NCBI GenBank assembly: GCA_037130265.1
Contig: JBAXTI010000001.1
Span: 235,086-299,085, forward strand
Direction: 5' to 3'
DNA length: 64,000 bases
DNA from: a bacterium
GTDB lineage: Bacteria > Patescibacteriota > Minisyncoccia > Phycocordibacterales > JBBTRF01
Position numbers and translations under genes: made by a program. Within the stretch, counting starts at the first letter, position 1. Each line of letters starts with the position of its first letter. Shown here one piece after another: positions 1-10,516 of the stretch. The notes beneath the pieces were generated by a model, which ran no database searches, was not told the origin of the DNA, and saw only the letters and a list, made by a program, of their open reading frames with translations.

Positions 1-26
1 ACGATTGGGATGGGGCTCTGATAAAT

Positions 27-365
27 ATGCGTTCTTTCAAAAATGGGGTACTCGAACCGCCGAATTCCAATAGAATCAATTTGATTAAAAAGATCCCAGG
101 TTCAAATAATTTTCTTTTGATTGCTGCGGAGAAACAAAATGGCTTCTTTGTCGTCACGCATTTTGAGACGGTGACCGAAAATGGAAATGAACTAAAAAGT
201 CTCCTCGGACGAGGAGACTTGATAGGTCCGACTGGGACTCCCCTGGGTCCAGCAGACTTTCTTGTCGCTTCCTCGCCTGAGGCGTTTCTTCGGGGGGTTT
301 CAGGAAGCGGAGACCAAGACAATATATCAAAAAGCAGCAAAGAAATCAATCGTAAACGATTGTAG
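27..365 (+). CDS. hypothetical protein (small, Lys/Ser-rich C-terminus)
   Basis: ORF at the window edge with no recognisable motifs. Kept only because it has no competing overlap. Confidence 0.2.
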   Translation: MRSFKNGVLEPPNSNRINLIKKIPGSNNFLLIAAEKQNGFFVVTHFETVTENGNELKSLLGRGDLIGPTGTPLGPADFLVASSPEAFLRGVSGSGDQDNISKSSKEINRKRL

Positions 366-493
366 ATAATAAGTTTTTTGGCAACACAAAAGGCATTCAA
401 CTGGAGCCTACCGAGCGCGACTGGCGCGAGCTCGAGGAATTTTCTACCAAGAAAATATCCGTGCTCCAGGAGAATGCCTTTTGTGTTGGCTGC

Positions 494-1735
494 TTATTTC
501 TTATCTACGAACGCCAACGCCATCTTCTGCTCCCTCGGATCAAACAATGCGATCTTGAAGTTGTATGTCTTGCCGAGTTCGAGCTTTGCGCGGAGCTTGT
601 CCTCGCCACCGAATTCGCTGACGTGTACCAAGCCGGCAACACCTTCTTCAATAGAAGCGAGGGCACCGTGTCGGTTGAACTTGATGATCACGCCGCTCAC
701 CACATCGTCCTTCTTGTACTTCTTTGCCGCCTCTTTCCATGGGTTCTCCTTGAGAGCCTTGATAGAGAGAGAAATCTTGCCCTCCTTGATCTCGATGATC
801 TTCACGCGAACCTTCTGACCAGTCTTGAACATGGTTCGAGGATCTTCAACGAGTGACCAGTCGATCTCAGAGATGTGGACCAAGCCTTCGAGGCCATCCT
901 CCACCTTCACGAAGACGCCGAAGTCTACGATACCGGTGACAGTGCCTTCGAGCTCATCGCCCACATTGTATTTGCCAATGATCTCCTGCTTGTCTTTCTG
1001 GTCTGGATTCTTCTCAGAGAAGATGAGCTTGCCTTCCTTTGGAATAGCAGAGATCACGCAGACAGCAATGCGCTGACCGACGAGCTTCTTCAACTCATCC
1101 AAAATGCGGTCCTTGTCGCCATCGGCTACACGAGGGTAGTGCTCAGCTTTGAGCTGAGATGCTGGGAGGAATCCCATGATACCCTGCCACTCGATGATCA
1201 AACCACCCTTGTTGGCCTCCTTTACTGGCAATTCGTATACCTTTCGATCACGAATCGCGTCTTCGATCTCGCTCCAAATGAGAGCCTGTCGAGCCTCCTT
1301 GAGGGAGAGTTCGATGTAGCCGTTCTCATTTTCTGCATCCACAACCTTTGCAGCAACATTGTCGCCGATGTTGATCTTCTTGATCACATCTCGAGCGGCG
1401 ATGTACTCACGGCCGTAGATAATACCGGTACCATATGGAGGCAAGTCGATATACACACCGGTTTTGTCGATGTTGATGACCTTTCCTTCTACGACGTCGC
1501 CAACTACTGGGGTAACAGCAGTCTGCTCAAGGAACGAGTCCATGAGATGCGCCTTTTTTGGAGCAACTTTTTCTGCTTCCGCTTTTGCTGCTGCCTTCGC
1601 TGCTGCCTTGCCGGCTGCGCGAGGAGACTTCTTTGCTACTTCTGCAACCTCAGCTTTCGCCTCGGTCTTTGCTACTTTCTCTTCCTTTGCATCTACTGGC
1701 ACAGCTTTTGCCTTCTTGCCGATCTTGAATAACAT
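494..1735 (-). CDS. rpsA: 30S ribosomal protein S1, with repeated S1 RNA-binding domains and a Lys/Ala-rich N-terminal tail
   Basis: Several S1-domain repeats are visible in the translation: GDVVEGKVINIDKTGVYIDL, IGDNVAAKVVDAEN, VGQRIAVCVISAIPKEGKLIFS, VGDELEGTVTGIVDFGVFVKV...GLVHISEI, KTGQKVRVKIIEIKEGKISLS and GVIIKFNRHGALASIEEGVAGLVHVSE. An N-terminal KAKAEVAEVAKK/AAKAAAKAEAEK low-complexity tail is also present. Confidence 0.85.
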   Translation of the reverse strand: MLFKIGKKAKAVPVDAKEEKVAKTEAKAEVAEVAKKSPRAAGKAAAKAAAKAEAEKVAPKKAHLMDSFLEQTAVTPVVGDVVEGKVINIDKTGVYIDLPPYGTGIIYGREYIAARDVIKKINIGDNVAAKVVDAENENGYIELSLKEARQALIWSEIEDAIRDRKVYELPVKEANKGGLIIEWQGIMGFLPASQLKAEHYPRVADGDKDRILDELKKLVGQRIAVCVISAIPKEGKLIFSEKNPDQKDKQEIIGKYNVGDELEGTVTGIVDFGVFVKVEDGLEGLVHISEIDWSLVEDPRTMFKTGQKVRVKIIEIKEGKISLSIKALKENPWKEAAKKYKKDDVVSGVIIKFNRHGALASIEEGVAGLVHVSEFGGEDKLRAKLELGKTYNFKIALFDPREQKMALAFVDKK

Positions 1736-2001
1736 ATTGTATAGGTCGATCTCGTTTCCGCGCTACGCCATGAGGCCGGCCTGCCGAAACATCTTGCGAT
1801 GTTGTGTCGGCGGCTCCCTCGTGCGCCTTGTTGCGCGGGGCTATCGAGTCGAAATATGATAAAAGTACTTAAAAACCTCTAAATACAGCCCTTGACGAGC
1901 GTTGGGATAGTATATCGAAAAGTGGGGAAAAGGCAATAGCGGATGATCCAAACGGCCTATTTGCTTTAGCCCCAGCTCGGGTATGGTATACTTTTACCGC
2001 T

Positions 2002-2637
2002 ATGGTAATCACATATTTAGGCGGACAGTGTTTCAAGATGCAATTTGGCGACATGGTGATCGCTTTCAATCCGCCTGCCAAGGATTCTGAGCTGAAGTCT
2101 CCGCGTTTCGGTGCAGATATTGGTTTGGTGAGTTTGAACCATCCGGATTTTTCTGGTGCTGAGCAGCTCGAATTTGGCGAGAAGAAGCCGTTCATCGTTT
2201 CAGGTCCTGGCGAATATGAAGTGAAGGGCATTTTCATCAAAGGTTTTAAGTCGAAGTCTCAATACGGCGGCAAGGACAAGCTCAACACGATCTACACTCT
2301 CGGTCTCGACAGTATGAATATTTGTTTTCTTGGAGCAGTGAGCGAAGACCTCGATGTGGAGACAAACGAAGCGATCGATGACATCGATGTGCTCTTTGTG
2401 CCGATTGGCGGCGAAGGTGTGCTGTCACCATCAGCCGCATACAAGATGGCGGTGAAGCTCGAGCCGAAACTCATCATTCCAATGCATTTCGGTGCGATCG
2501 GAGGGAAGGATGCTCTCAAGGCCTTCTTGAAAGAGGCGGGCGAGACCTCTAAACCTGTGGACAAACTCACCATCAAAAAGAAAGATTTGGAAGGGAAGAG
2601 TGGTGAGGTGGTGGTGTTGGAGCCGGCAAATGCATAG
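2002..2637 (+). CDS. metallo-beta-lactamase-fold metal-dependent hydrolase (UPF0173-like)
   Basis: The N-terminus MVITYLGGQCFKMQFGDMVIAFNPP and overall layout resemble UPF0173 MBL-fold hydrolases. The length of about 210 aa fits. Confidence 0.55.
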   Translation: MVITYLGGQCFKMQFGDMVIAFNPPAKDSELKSPRFGADIGLVSLNHPDFSGAEQLEFGEKKPFIVSGPGEYEVKGIFIKGFKSKSQYGGKDKLNTIYTLGLDSMNICFLGAVSEDLDVETNEAIDDIDVLFVPIGGEGVLSPSAAYKMAVKLEPKLIIPMHFGAIGGKDALKAFLKEAGETSKPVDKLTIKKKDLEGKSGEVVVLEPANA

Positions 2638-2675
2638 AGCCACCGGCTGCGCGGGACACGTAACCAGCGACGCTA

Positions 2676-2681
2676 TATAAT
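2676..2681 (+). promoter_or_regulatory. candidate -10 box (TATAAT) 6 nt upstream of the ATG at 2688; possible leaderless transcript
   Basis: A TATAAT hexamer lies at 2676-2681 and the ORF's ATG is at 2688. No Shine-Dalgarno sequence fits in the gap. Confidence 0.3.
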
Positions 2682-2687
2682 AGATAC

Positions 2688-2987
2688 ATGGAACGATTCT
2701 TCTCCGAGTTGCGAAATAAGCCGTATCGACATCGAAGAAATATTGCACTTGGTGTGGCGGCCGGAGTGACACTTGTGATTTTCTCTGTGTGGATTGTGTC
2801 GACGAAAGAGCGTTTCGACGCGCGGCTAGACAGTATGGCGAAAAACACTTCCACTACCACTTCTGGAGTGGTCGTGGGTGCGGCGATCGAGCCAGCTAGT
2901 CCATTTGAAGCGATCTCCCAGACCATGAGTGAGGGCATCGATACCATACAAAAGCAGTTTGAGGAACTCTCCAAATTGGCAAAATAG
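2688..2987 (+). CDS. hypothetical small membrane protein
   Basis: One predicted TM helix (IALGVAAGVTLVIFSVWIV). The gene lies immediately upstream of gyrA on the same strand. Confidence 0.35.
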   Translation: MERFFSELRNKPYRHRRNIALGVAAGVTLVIFSVWIVSTKERFDARLDSMAKNTSTTTSGVVVGAAIEPASPFEAISQTMSEGIDTIQKQFEELSKLAK

Positions 2988-3029
2988 TGCTAGAATAGAG
3001 GCTCATTATTACACGCGTTTCATATCACG

Positions 3030-6000
3030 ATGTCATCTAAAGATTCAGACAAGAAGCCAAAGGGCGGCAGCGAGGGCAAAAGCGACAAGGGTGGAAAAGG
3101 CGGCGCATCAGAGGCGTCGGCTTTGCCTGCGCGAGAGAATGTGGTGAGTCGCAGTATCACGACTGAAATGCGCGACTCGTATTTGGACTACGCGATGTCC
3201 GTGATCACTGCGCGTGCTTTGCCAGATGTGCGCGATGGTTTGAAGCCGGTACACCGACGTATTTTGTACGCGATGCATGAAATGGGTCTCACCGCGAGCA
3301 CGAAGACACGAAAGTCGGCCGCGGTGGTGGGAGACGTACTCGGAAAGTATCACCCGCACGGCAACGTGGCGGTATATGAGTCGATGGTGAAGATGGCCCA
3401 GGATTTTTCGATTCGGTATCCGCTGATTATTGGGCAAGGTAACTTTGGTTGTTTTACAAAAGACACAAAAGTCCGATTGGCTGACGGCCGCAATCTCTCT
3501 TTTGGCGAGCTCATCGATGAGGATAAGAATGGTAAGAAAAATTACGCCTTCACTGTCTCAAAAGAAGGAAAGATTGAAATCGCTCAACTCACAAAACCGC
3601 GGCTCACTATCAAAGGCGCCGAAATTATGAAAGTGATTCTTGATAATGGCGAGGAAATTCGATGCACGCTGAATCATAAGTTCCTTTTGAAAAACCAGGA
3701 ATACAAAGAGGCGCAATATTTGAAACCGGGCGAATCATTGATGCCTCTTTACACTCGTCTTTCTACGAAAGGCGAAAGTGCACTCTCGGACATGGTGGGA
3801 TATGAAATGATCTACCAACCGCTTGAAAATACTTGGGAGTATGCACATTATTTGGCCGACGCTTTCAACATCTCGACTGGAAAGTATGCAAAATCAGCTG
3901 GCAAGGTGCGACATCATGTCGATTTCAATAAACTCAATAATAGCCCAGAAAACATCCAGCGAATGCAGTGGCTTGAGCATTGGCGCCTCCACTCTGAACT
4001 AACCGCGAGTCGTCATAAAAATGATCCTGAGTATGTAAAAAAGCTTGCTGAAGGCAGAAAGATTTTCCGTGCCAAGAGCGGCATAAAAGAGCAGTACAGC
4101 CAGAGGATGTCAAAGAGAAATAAGCAGAATTGGCAGAATCCTGAATATCGTGCACAGATGATCGAGACGCTCCGTCGAGTGAATCTTGAGTATATTGCTA
4201 CTCATCCTGAAAAGCGCCTAGAACTTTCAGCTCGCGCAACCAAGACGTTGAAGCGATTGTGGCAAGATGAGACGTATCGCCAAGAGATGCACGAACGAAT
4301 CGTCCGAGGGAATAAAAACCACACCACCAATAAGACCGGCAAGAAAAAGTTTGATACGGTCTGCAAGAAATTGATCGAAGTCGGAGTACCGATTTCTAAA
4401 GAGACCTACGATGAATTTCGTCCGAAGGTGTATCCATACAAAGCGGCTACTTCGTGGGAGGTCGGTTTCAGTAAATATTACAATGGCAATATTGAACAGT
4501 TGACCGTAGAGCTTGCAGGAAATCACAAAGTGTCCAGTGTCGAATTTTCTGGCGAACACGAGGATGTATACGATCTCACTTTGCCAATAAGTCACAACTT
4601 TGCGCTGGCGGCGGGCGTATTTGTGCACAACTCCATCGACGGTGACGGTGCGGCAGCAGAACGATACACCGAAGCGAAGATGGCGCGTGTGTCCTCGACC
4701 CTGCTTCAGGATATTGAGAAAGACACTGTTGACTTTCGTCCAAACTACGAAAATACTCGCAAGGAGCCGAGTGTGTTGCCGGCCGCTGTTCCGAACCTAC
4801 TGCTGAACGGCACCCTCGGTATCGCCGTCGGTATGGCGACCAACATCCCGCCGCACAACCTTGGCGAAGTGGTGGACGCAACAACTCATCTCATCGAAAA
4901 CCCCGACGCTTCGACCGAAGATCTTTTGCAATTTGTGAAGGGTCCCGATTTCCCGACCGGTGCGATGCTCTACGCTTCAGCAGAAATGAAACATGCATAT
5001 ACCACCGGTCGTGGTGGTGTGGTAGTACGTGGCGAGGCGGAAATTGTCGAGACAAAGACTGGTTCATTCCAGATTGTCATCACTTCGATCCCATATCGTG
5101 TAAATAAGGCCGACCTCATCCTCACCATTGCCGACCTTGTGCGAGAGAAGAAAATTGAAGGTATTAGAACGATGCGTGATGAATCGACCAAGGACATCCG
5201 TGTCGTAATCGACCTCAAACAAGGCGCTTTCCCTCAGGCTGTATTGAACTTTTTGTATAAACACACCCAGCTTGAAGACACCTTCCACTTCAACACTGTT
5301 GCCCTCGTGGACGGCGTGCCGCAGACACTTTCGCTGAAGAGTGTACTGGAGGAATTTGTGAAGCACCGACAGATCGTCGTGCGACGCCGAACAGAATTTG
5401 ACCTTCGCAAGGCCGAAGACCGCGAGCATATCTTGCTCGGCTTGAAAAAGGCGCTCGACCATATCGATGAGATCATTAAATTGATCAAAAAGTCGAAGGA
5501 CACTCCGGAGGCGCATCTCAATTTGATGAAGACCTTCAAATTCTCCGACCGCCAGGCGACTGCTATTTTGGAAATGAAGCTGTCACGACTTGCGGGTCTC
5601 GAGCGACAGAAGATTGAGGACGAGCTCAATGCTGTCCAGGCGCTCATCCGCGAGCTCAAGGATTTGCTCTCGAGTGCAAAGAAGATTTTGGCCGTGATTA
5701 AGAAAGAATTGCTCGAAGTTCGCGCGAAATACGGCGACGAACGACGCACTAAAGTCATCCGTGGCGGCGTGAAAGAATTCAAGCCGGAAGATACCATTCC
5801 TGATGTGGATTCTGTGCTCGTGCTCACCGCAGGTGGCTACATCAAGCGCACCTTGCCAGACGAATATCGCCGACAGAAGCGTGGCGGTGTGGGTGTTGTC
5901 GATCTCGATACCAAGGAAGAGGATTTCATCACCCATATTTTGAATGCGAACACGCATGCGGATATGTTGTTCTTCACGAACAAGGGCAAGGCGTACCAGA

Positions 6001-6782
6001 TCAAGATGTACGAGATTCCAGAAGGCAAGCGTGCTACAAAAGGTAAGTCTATTGTAAACTTCCTCGCGCTCGCCGATGATGAACGTGTCACCTCGATTCT
6101 CCCAATGCCAAAGGAGGTGAAGAAGAGTGGTCTCAGTCTCTTCATGGTCACCAAAAACGGCGTAGGCAAGAAGGTGAATGCTGAAACCTTCCATGATGTG
6201 CGCCGAAGTGGTCTCATTGCTATTGGCCTCGATGCAGGTGACAGTTTGGTGTCCGTACGATTTGTGGAGAAGGGCGACGAAGTGATCCTTGCGACGAGCG
6301 AAGGTCAGTCGATTCGATTCAAAGAAACTGATATTCGTGAGATGGGTCGTGCGGCGATGGGCGTTATCGCGATGCGTCTCGAAAAGGGCGACACGGTCAT
6401 TGGTGCCGACGTCGTGAAGAAAGATATGAAGAAGCCGGCATTGCTGGTGATCATGAGCAACGGCTATGGCAAGCAGACCGAGCTCTCCGAATACAAGGTC
6501 CAGAAGCGCGGCGGTTCCGGTATTTTGACTGCGAAGATCACCGACAAGACCGGCAAGGTGATCACCTCGAGTGTGGTGGATACTGCAGCTGCAAAGGATG
6601 GGAAAGATGCCAAGGAGGGCGAGGCGGAGCTGGAGATGAACGAGCTTGTAGCTATTTCAAAAAAGAGTCAGGTGATCCGGTGCGATATCGCGGAGATACC
6701 AGTGCTCGGCCGACAGACTCAGGGTGTGCGTATTATGCGTCTGCGTGATGGGGACTCTTTGGCGAGTGCGGTGTGTTTGTAG
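3030..6782 (+). CDS. gyrA: DNA gyrase subunit A interrupted by a 394-aa intein
   Basis: The N-extein carries canonical GyrA motifs ([48 protein letters not shown]). After the intein the sequence resumes with [20 protein letters not shown], which includes the catalytic Tyr in RYTEA. A long GyrA C-terminal beta-pinwheel region follows. Total length is 1250 aa against about 830-900 for an uninterrupted GyrA. Confidence 0.92.
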   Translation: MSSKDSDKKPKGGSEGKSDKGGKGGASEASALPARENVVSRSITTEMRDSYLDYAMSVITARALPDVRDGLKPVHRRILYAMHEMGLTASTKTRKSAAVVGDVLGKYHPHGNVAVYESMVKMAQDFSIRYPLIIGQGNFGCFTKDTKVRLADGRNLSFGELIDEDKNGKKNYAFTVSKEGKIEIAQLTKPRLTIKGAEIMKVILDNGEEIRCTLNHKFLLKNQEYKEAQYLKPGESLMPLYTRLSTKGESALSDMVGYEMIYQPLENTWEYAHYLADAFNISTGKYAKSAGKVRHHVDFNKLNNSPENIQRMQWLEHWRLHSELTASRHKNDPEYVKKLAEGRKIFRAKSGIKEQYSQRMSKRNKQNWQNPEYRAQMIETLRRVNLEYIATHPEKRLELSARATKTLKRLWQDETYRQEMHERIVRGNKNHTTNKTGKKKFDTVCKKLIEVGVPISKETYDEFRPKVYPYKAATSWEVGFSKYYNGNIEQLTVELAGNHKVSSVEFSGEHEDVYDLTLPISHNFALAAGVFVHNSIDGDGAAAERYTEAKMARVSSTLLQDIEKDTVDFRPNYENTRKEPSVLPAAVPNLLLNGTLGIAVGMATNIPPHNLGEVVDATTHLIENPDASTEDLLQFVKGPDFPTGAMLYASAEMKHAYTTGRGGVVVRGEAEIVETKTGSFQIVITSIPYRVNKADLILTIADLVREKKIEGIRTMRDESTKDIRVVIDLKQGAFPQAVLNFLYKHTQLEDTFHFNTVALVDGVPQTLSLKSVLEEFVKHRQIVVRRRTEFDLRKAEDREHILLGLKKALDHIDEIIKLIKKSKDTPEAHLNLMKTFKFSDRQATAILEMKLSRLAGLERQKIEDELNAVQALIRELKDLLSSAKKILAVIKKELLEVRAKYGDERRTKVIRGGVKEFKPEDTIPDVDSVLVLTAGGYIKRTLPDEYRRQKRGGVGVVDLDTKEEDFITHILNANTHADMLFFTNKGKAYQIKMYEIPEGKRATKGKSIVNFLALADDERVTSILPMPKEVKKSGLSLFMVTKNGVGKKVNAETFHDVRRSGLIAIGLDAGDSLVSVRFVEKGDEVILATSEGQSIRFKETDIREMGRAAMGVIAMRLEKGDTVIGADVVKKDMKKPALLVIMSNGYGKQTELSEYKVQKRGGSGILTAKITDKTGKVITSSVVDTAAAKDGKDAKEGEAELEMNELVAISKKSQVIRCDIAEIPVLGRQTQGVRIMRLRDGDSLASAVCL
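3450..4631 (+). mobile_element. intein within gyrA (Cys1 ... His-Asn/Ser+1) carrying an HNH-type endonuclease module
   Basis: The insert starts with Cys directly after GNFG ([13 protein letters not shown], splicing block A). Block B is TLNHKFL. It ends [22 protein letters not shown] followed by S+1. The middle region contains [18 protein letters not shown] (His-His...Asn...Asn, an HNH signature) and three tandem motifs of about 20 aa ([42 protein letters not shown]). Confidence 0.8.
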
Positions 6783-6850
6783 GAAACTGAAAAATAGGTA
6801 GGACTGCAAAAGAAGCGAAGAAAAAAGCGGAAAAAATATGAAAAGAAAGA

Positions 6851-6886
6851 ACGCCCTCCGAGTGATTGGGGGCGTTTCGCTTTTCT
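6851..6886. terminator. bidirectional rho-independent terminator between convergent gyrA and the 6933-8093 gene
   Basis: Hairpin acgccctccgagtgattgggggcgt followed by ttcgcttttctt. Confidence 0.6.
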
Positions 6887-6932
6887 TGTGCACGGAAGGC
6901 GCACGAGAATTTGTAGAACTCTTCTGCAGCGT

Positions 6933-8093
6933 TCAGGGACGGCTTTGGGCGGCCTGCTGAATCACTCGGATGCGCCAGAATCGATTGCTCGACCCGACGC
7001 TGTTCACCGGCGTGGGGCAGAGGTAGTGGGCGATACCGCTCTGTGAGAGGGCGGGTAGCGTTACCTCTGTGGTCCACTGGACTGCGGGTCCAAAACCACC
7101 AGCGCTTTCGAGCACCACGAGGTCTCCGGGTTGTCCCACGATGCTCACCTTTGGCTTTCCGCTGACGAGCGAGACGCCGGTGACCATTGGATTCCCGATC
7201 GGTTGCCCGGTCGGTAGCCAATATCGCGGAAACGTGCCGTCCGCCGCTTCGAGAGCGAGGACTGCCGGAGTTCCGTTGGTTAGGAGCGAGAGGTGGATGC
7301 CGATGCGGCCGATGCCGTAGAGGCGGAGGAGTTTGACTCCGTCCGTATGTTCGTAGTCGCCGTAGGCCGACATATCGGCCTGAGTCCGGTCGATAATCGA
7401 ACTACCCCAGCCCTTACTTTGGACTTCGCTCACGCTGCCGTCTGGGTTACCCGTGAAGACTCGAGCATATGTTTTTCGCTCAAAGTAATACTGGAAATAC
7501 CAAGGCGGCGGAGGCAATTGGTCGAAATACTTCAGGTCCGGGAAGGACAAGAAGATGTAGGGTGAGAGGTAGACGGGAATCGTGTCGGCCATAGCGGTGT
7601 TCGGAAGTTTGAAGCCTCCGGAACCATTGGGGAGAATCGGGATGATTCCGTTGATACCCGCCATCTCCAACGTGGTCGTCGGAACATTATCCTGTGGGAA
7701 GATGCTCGTGATGCCCACCTCCTTCGCTGTGGCGATGAGGAGGAAGGTTGCATTCGTCGCGTTGTTGTTCGCTGATGGAAAGTTTGTTGCCAAACATGCC
7801 ACCTGAAAAGCAACTTCGCGTAGTTTGCTGACGACCGCATCTGGGCTGAGGCCTGCGGAGAAGGAGATATTGGTGAACAAGACAGGTGCTTCTTCTTGGA
7901 CCGCATAGTAGTCGTGTGGGGTCCGATAGAGCGATGCACTAATCGTATTCACTTTCGCAAGTTGTTGTGTGCGAATCTGGCTGATGGTGCTTGGGAGCAC
8001 ATCAGCTGCTCCAACCTCCACCGTGACCAGCTGGGTCAGGTAGGCGAGGGAACCGACAAGGGCGGCAAGCGCCCGATTGCGTAGGGCATTCAT
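6933..8093 (-). CDS. hypothetical secreted protein (N-terminal signal peptide)
   Basis: MNALRNRALAALVGSLAYLTQLVTV looks like a signal peptide. No recognisable catalytic motifs. It is convergent with gyrA. Confidence 0.45.
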   Translation of the reverse strand: MNALRNRALAALVGSLAYLTQLVTVEVGAADVLPSTISQIRTQQLAKVNTISASLYRTPHDYYAVQEEAPVLFTNISFSAGLSPDAVVSKLREVAFQVACLATNFPSANNNATNATFLLIATAKEVGITSIFPQDNVPTTTLEMAGINGIIPILPNGSGGFKLPNTAMADTIPVYLSPYIFLSFPDLKYFDQLPPPPWYFQYYFERKTYARVFTGNPDGSVSEVQSKGWGSSIIDRTQADMSAYGDYEHTDGVKLLRLYGIGRIGIHLSLLTNGTPAVLALEAADGTFPRYWLPTGQPIGNPMVTGVSLVSGKPKVSIVGQPGDLVVLESAGGFGPAVQWTTEVTLPALSQSGIAHYLCPTPVNSVGSSNRFWRIRVIQQAAQSRP

Positions 8094-8322
8094 AGGTAAA
8101 TTGCATGGACGGGGGTTGCGGTTGACCGTTGTTTGACTGCAGAAAAGTTGTCAAAGCCGTTATTAACACTACCTCTAAAAATATGAAAAGTCAAGAGTTA
8201 TCCACAGATGCTTAAAAAGCCCACTATCCAAGGATTTTGCAATCCACAGTGGTTTGATTTTGTCTTGAAAAAAAGTGATATACTTCAAAAGTACTCATTA
8301 ATTTGTTTCCATTTTTTTCACC

Positions 8323-9957
8323 ATGAAACACCTCTCCAAAACTCTCCTTGACATCGCCCGAGCCGCCACGTTACTTCTTGTGATCGGACTTGGCGCCAGC
8401 GTAGTGTCGGCGCAGTTTTCGACACCGCTGGTGCTGACGTCTTCATGGGTAGAAGCTCCCTCTAATGCTCCTGCAAATAATGCATCCGCGCCAATCAACG
8501 TCAGTGTGAATGCTCAGCGAAAGTCAGGTTCTCTTTTGCTCGGTACATCTGCAGTTTTGAACTACCCTCAAACGATCATGCTTGACGTCCTCGGCCTCGC
8601 CAGCACTACCGTCCTTTCCACCGACTACCTCCTTGTTGCCAAAGACTTCACCTATGCCAAAGGCAGTAACCTTGCCGGCAAGGTGTTGACATCGGATGCG
8701 TATGGGGTGGCGAGTTGGGCGGCGCCGGTGGCATCATCTTGTACCGCAGGGACTTCAGGTACGGATGCTTTCAGTAATCCAGGTACCTACACCTGGACAG
8801 TTCCATCAGGCGTCACTTCTATAAAGGTGAAGGTATGGGGTGCGGGTGGAAATGGTGGTAGTGGTGCGCCTTCATATGCAGCGGCGGGTGCAAATGGCGG
8901 TGGTGGTGGTGGAGGGGGTGGTGGTGGAGGATACGCTGAAAAAACCATCACGATTCCCGCTGGGACGACTAGCTATCAGGTGACGGTAGGTGCTCATGGT
9001 GTTACCGGATTTTCAGCCTTCGACACTTCTGCTGTGAAAGCGACAAACGGCAGTAATGGTGTGAATCATACTGACAACGGCTCTACGGGTAGCGCTGGTG
9101 GTGCTGGTGGTGCTCCAATCGGTACATACACAGCATCTCAAAATGGTACTGCTGGTTCTGTTGGACAATCTGGCGGATACACAAATTGTGGTGGCGGCTT
9201 TAGCTACGACGGTAGCGGTGGTAATGGTGGTGCCTCAGTTTCACCTTCTACTGCAGGTGCCGGAGGTATTATTGGTTCATGTAGTCAGTCTGGCGTTGCT
9301 GGCGGTGCTGGAACTGTCGGTGGCGGAGGTGGGGGTGGTTCTGGATACTCTGGTGCGGTGCTGAACGGTGGTGCTGGAGGGGACGGACGAGTAACTATTG
9401 AATACAGTACGGGTGGATCTTGTGCAGCAACACAGACCACTACTTCAACCACCGGTGCCACTATTGTTTGCGGTGGCTGGGATGTGAAATACAACTCCGG
9501 CTACGTTGCCGGATCAAATTGGGGATGTGCTGTGCCTGACACTACATCAGTGGCATGTCCTGCTGGTTATGACGATATTAAATCAAGCAAGGTGACGATC
9601 AGCTTGGCGGAGCAAACACATTTGTGCGTACTGCACGCATCTGGTGGTACGACCTCGACTGGAGCCATAAGCGTCCCTTCAGGTACTCATTGCGGTTATT
9701 TTTCAGGAGTGCTAGATACCAACAAACAATATACATTTGGCAGTCGTCAAACTACAGGACTCTGTCAATCAAAGGCGCTCGTATACTCAGATGCATATAG
9801 CGGATTTTCAACAATGGGCGCTGGTGCCACGCAAGCATCTCGAAATAGTTACTTCTGTCCGGCTGGCTTTTCTTTCCTTTATTACACATACGCACCAGAT
9901 TCTAACGGTGACACGTATCGAGGTGACAGTTTTACTGGCACTTGCATGAAAGACTAG
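8323..9957 (+). CDS. secreted glycine-rich surface protein with a poly-Gly tract and a Cys-rich C-terminal domain
   Basis: Signal peptide (MKHLSKTLLDIARAATLLLVIGLGASVVSAQF). A G12 run is encoded by a (GGT/GGN)n repeat at about 8881-8940. Many GGxGG repeats are present. The C-terminal roughly 180 aa contain more than 12 Cys. Confidence 0.6.
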   Translation: MKHLSKTLLDIARAATLLLVIGLGASVVSAQFSTPLVLTSSWVEAPSNAPANNASAPINVSVNAQRKSGSLLLGTSAVLNYPQTIMLDVLGLASTTVLSTDYLLVAKDFTYAKGSNLAGKVLTSDAYGVASWAAPVASSCTAGTSGTDAFSNPGTYTWTVPSGVTSIKVKVWGAGGNGGSGAPSYAAAGANGGGGGGGGGGGGYAEKTITIPAGTTSYQVTVGAHGVTGFSAFDTSAVKATNGSNGVNHTDNGSTGSAGGAGGAPIGTYTASQNGTAGSVGQSGGYTNCGGGFSYDGSGGNGGASVSPSTAGAGGIIGSCSQSGVAGGAGTVGGGGGGGSGYSGAVLNGGAGGDGRVTIEYSTGGSCAATQTTTSTTGATIVCGGWDVKYNSGYVAGSNWGCAVPDTTSVACPAGYDDIKSSKVTISLAEQTHLCVLHASGGTTSTGAISVPSGTHCGYFSGVLDTNKQYTFGSRQTTGLCQSKALVYSDAYSGFSTMGAGATQASRNSYFCPAGFSFLYYTYAPDSNGDTYRGDSFTGTCMKD

Positions 9958-9988
9958 CGATCAATCGCCCAACTTTGTGCTTTAAACC

Positions 9989-10516
9989 ATGTTCTCCCAT
10001 CCACACAAAAATACTGATCAGCTGGGGTTGATGCCTGGAATGAAGGTGGCGGATTTGGGTGCGGGCGTGGGGGCGTATGCGATCCCTGTGGCGCAGGCGG
10101 TGGGTGAAAAAGGACGAGTGTATGCGGTGGAGGTGCAGCAGGAGTTGGTCGCGAAGATCAAGGCGAATGTCGAACACGCTCGCTTGAAAAATGTCGAGTA
10201 TCTGTGGGGGAATATCGAACAGCGTGGTGGTACACATATTGGCGATGAGCTCGTGGACTTCGTGATTGTGGCGAATGTGTTGTTTCAGGCAGTCGACAAG
10301 GCGGGTTTGGTCGTGGAGGTGCGACGCATCTTGAAGAAAGGAGGCAAAGCCGTTGTGATCGATTGGAAAGAGTCTTTTGGTGGCATCGGCCCAGCAGTGC
10401 AGGAGGTGGTGAATGAATCGAAGGCGAAAGAATTGTTTACACAGCATGGCTTCCAGCATCTGCGGGGCATCTCAGCAGGGGATCATCATTACGGGCTTAT
10501 CTTCACAAAAATATGA
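9989..10516 (+). CDS. class I SAM-dependent methyltransferase
   Basis: Motif I VADLGAGVGAYAIPVA, then a post-I acidic residue (VYAVEV), then motif IV-like VIVANVLFQ. Confidence 0.65.
   Translation: MFSHPHKNTDQLGLMPGMKVADLGAGVGAYAIPVAQAVGEKGRVYAVEVQQELVAKIKANVEHARLKNVEYLWGNIEQRGGTHIGDELVDFVIVANVLFQAVDKAGLVVEVRRILKKGGKAVVIDWKESFGGIGPAVQEVVNESKAKELFTQHGFQHLRGISAGDHHYGLIFTKI

Noticed and set aside
45-95. tRNA-like T-arm fragment (ggggtactcgaaccgcc) near the window start
   Set aside because: No acceptor or anticodon arms can be folded around it, so it is probably coincidental.
378-1859. Plus-strand ORFs 378-818, 461-856, 825-1076, 875-1732 and 1464-1859
   Set aside because: All are antisense or overlapping shadows of rpsA (494-1735, minus strand), whose S1-domain repeats are unambiguous.
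4227-6217. Multiple minus-strand ORFs inside gyrA (e.g. 4227-4628, 5064-5516, 5234-5827, 5583-6194, 5837-6217)
   Set aside because: They are antisense to the continuous, motif-rich gyrA and intein reading frame and have no recognisable features.
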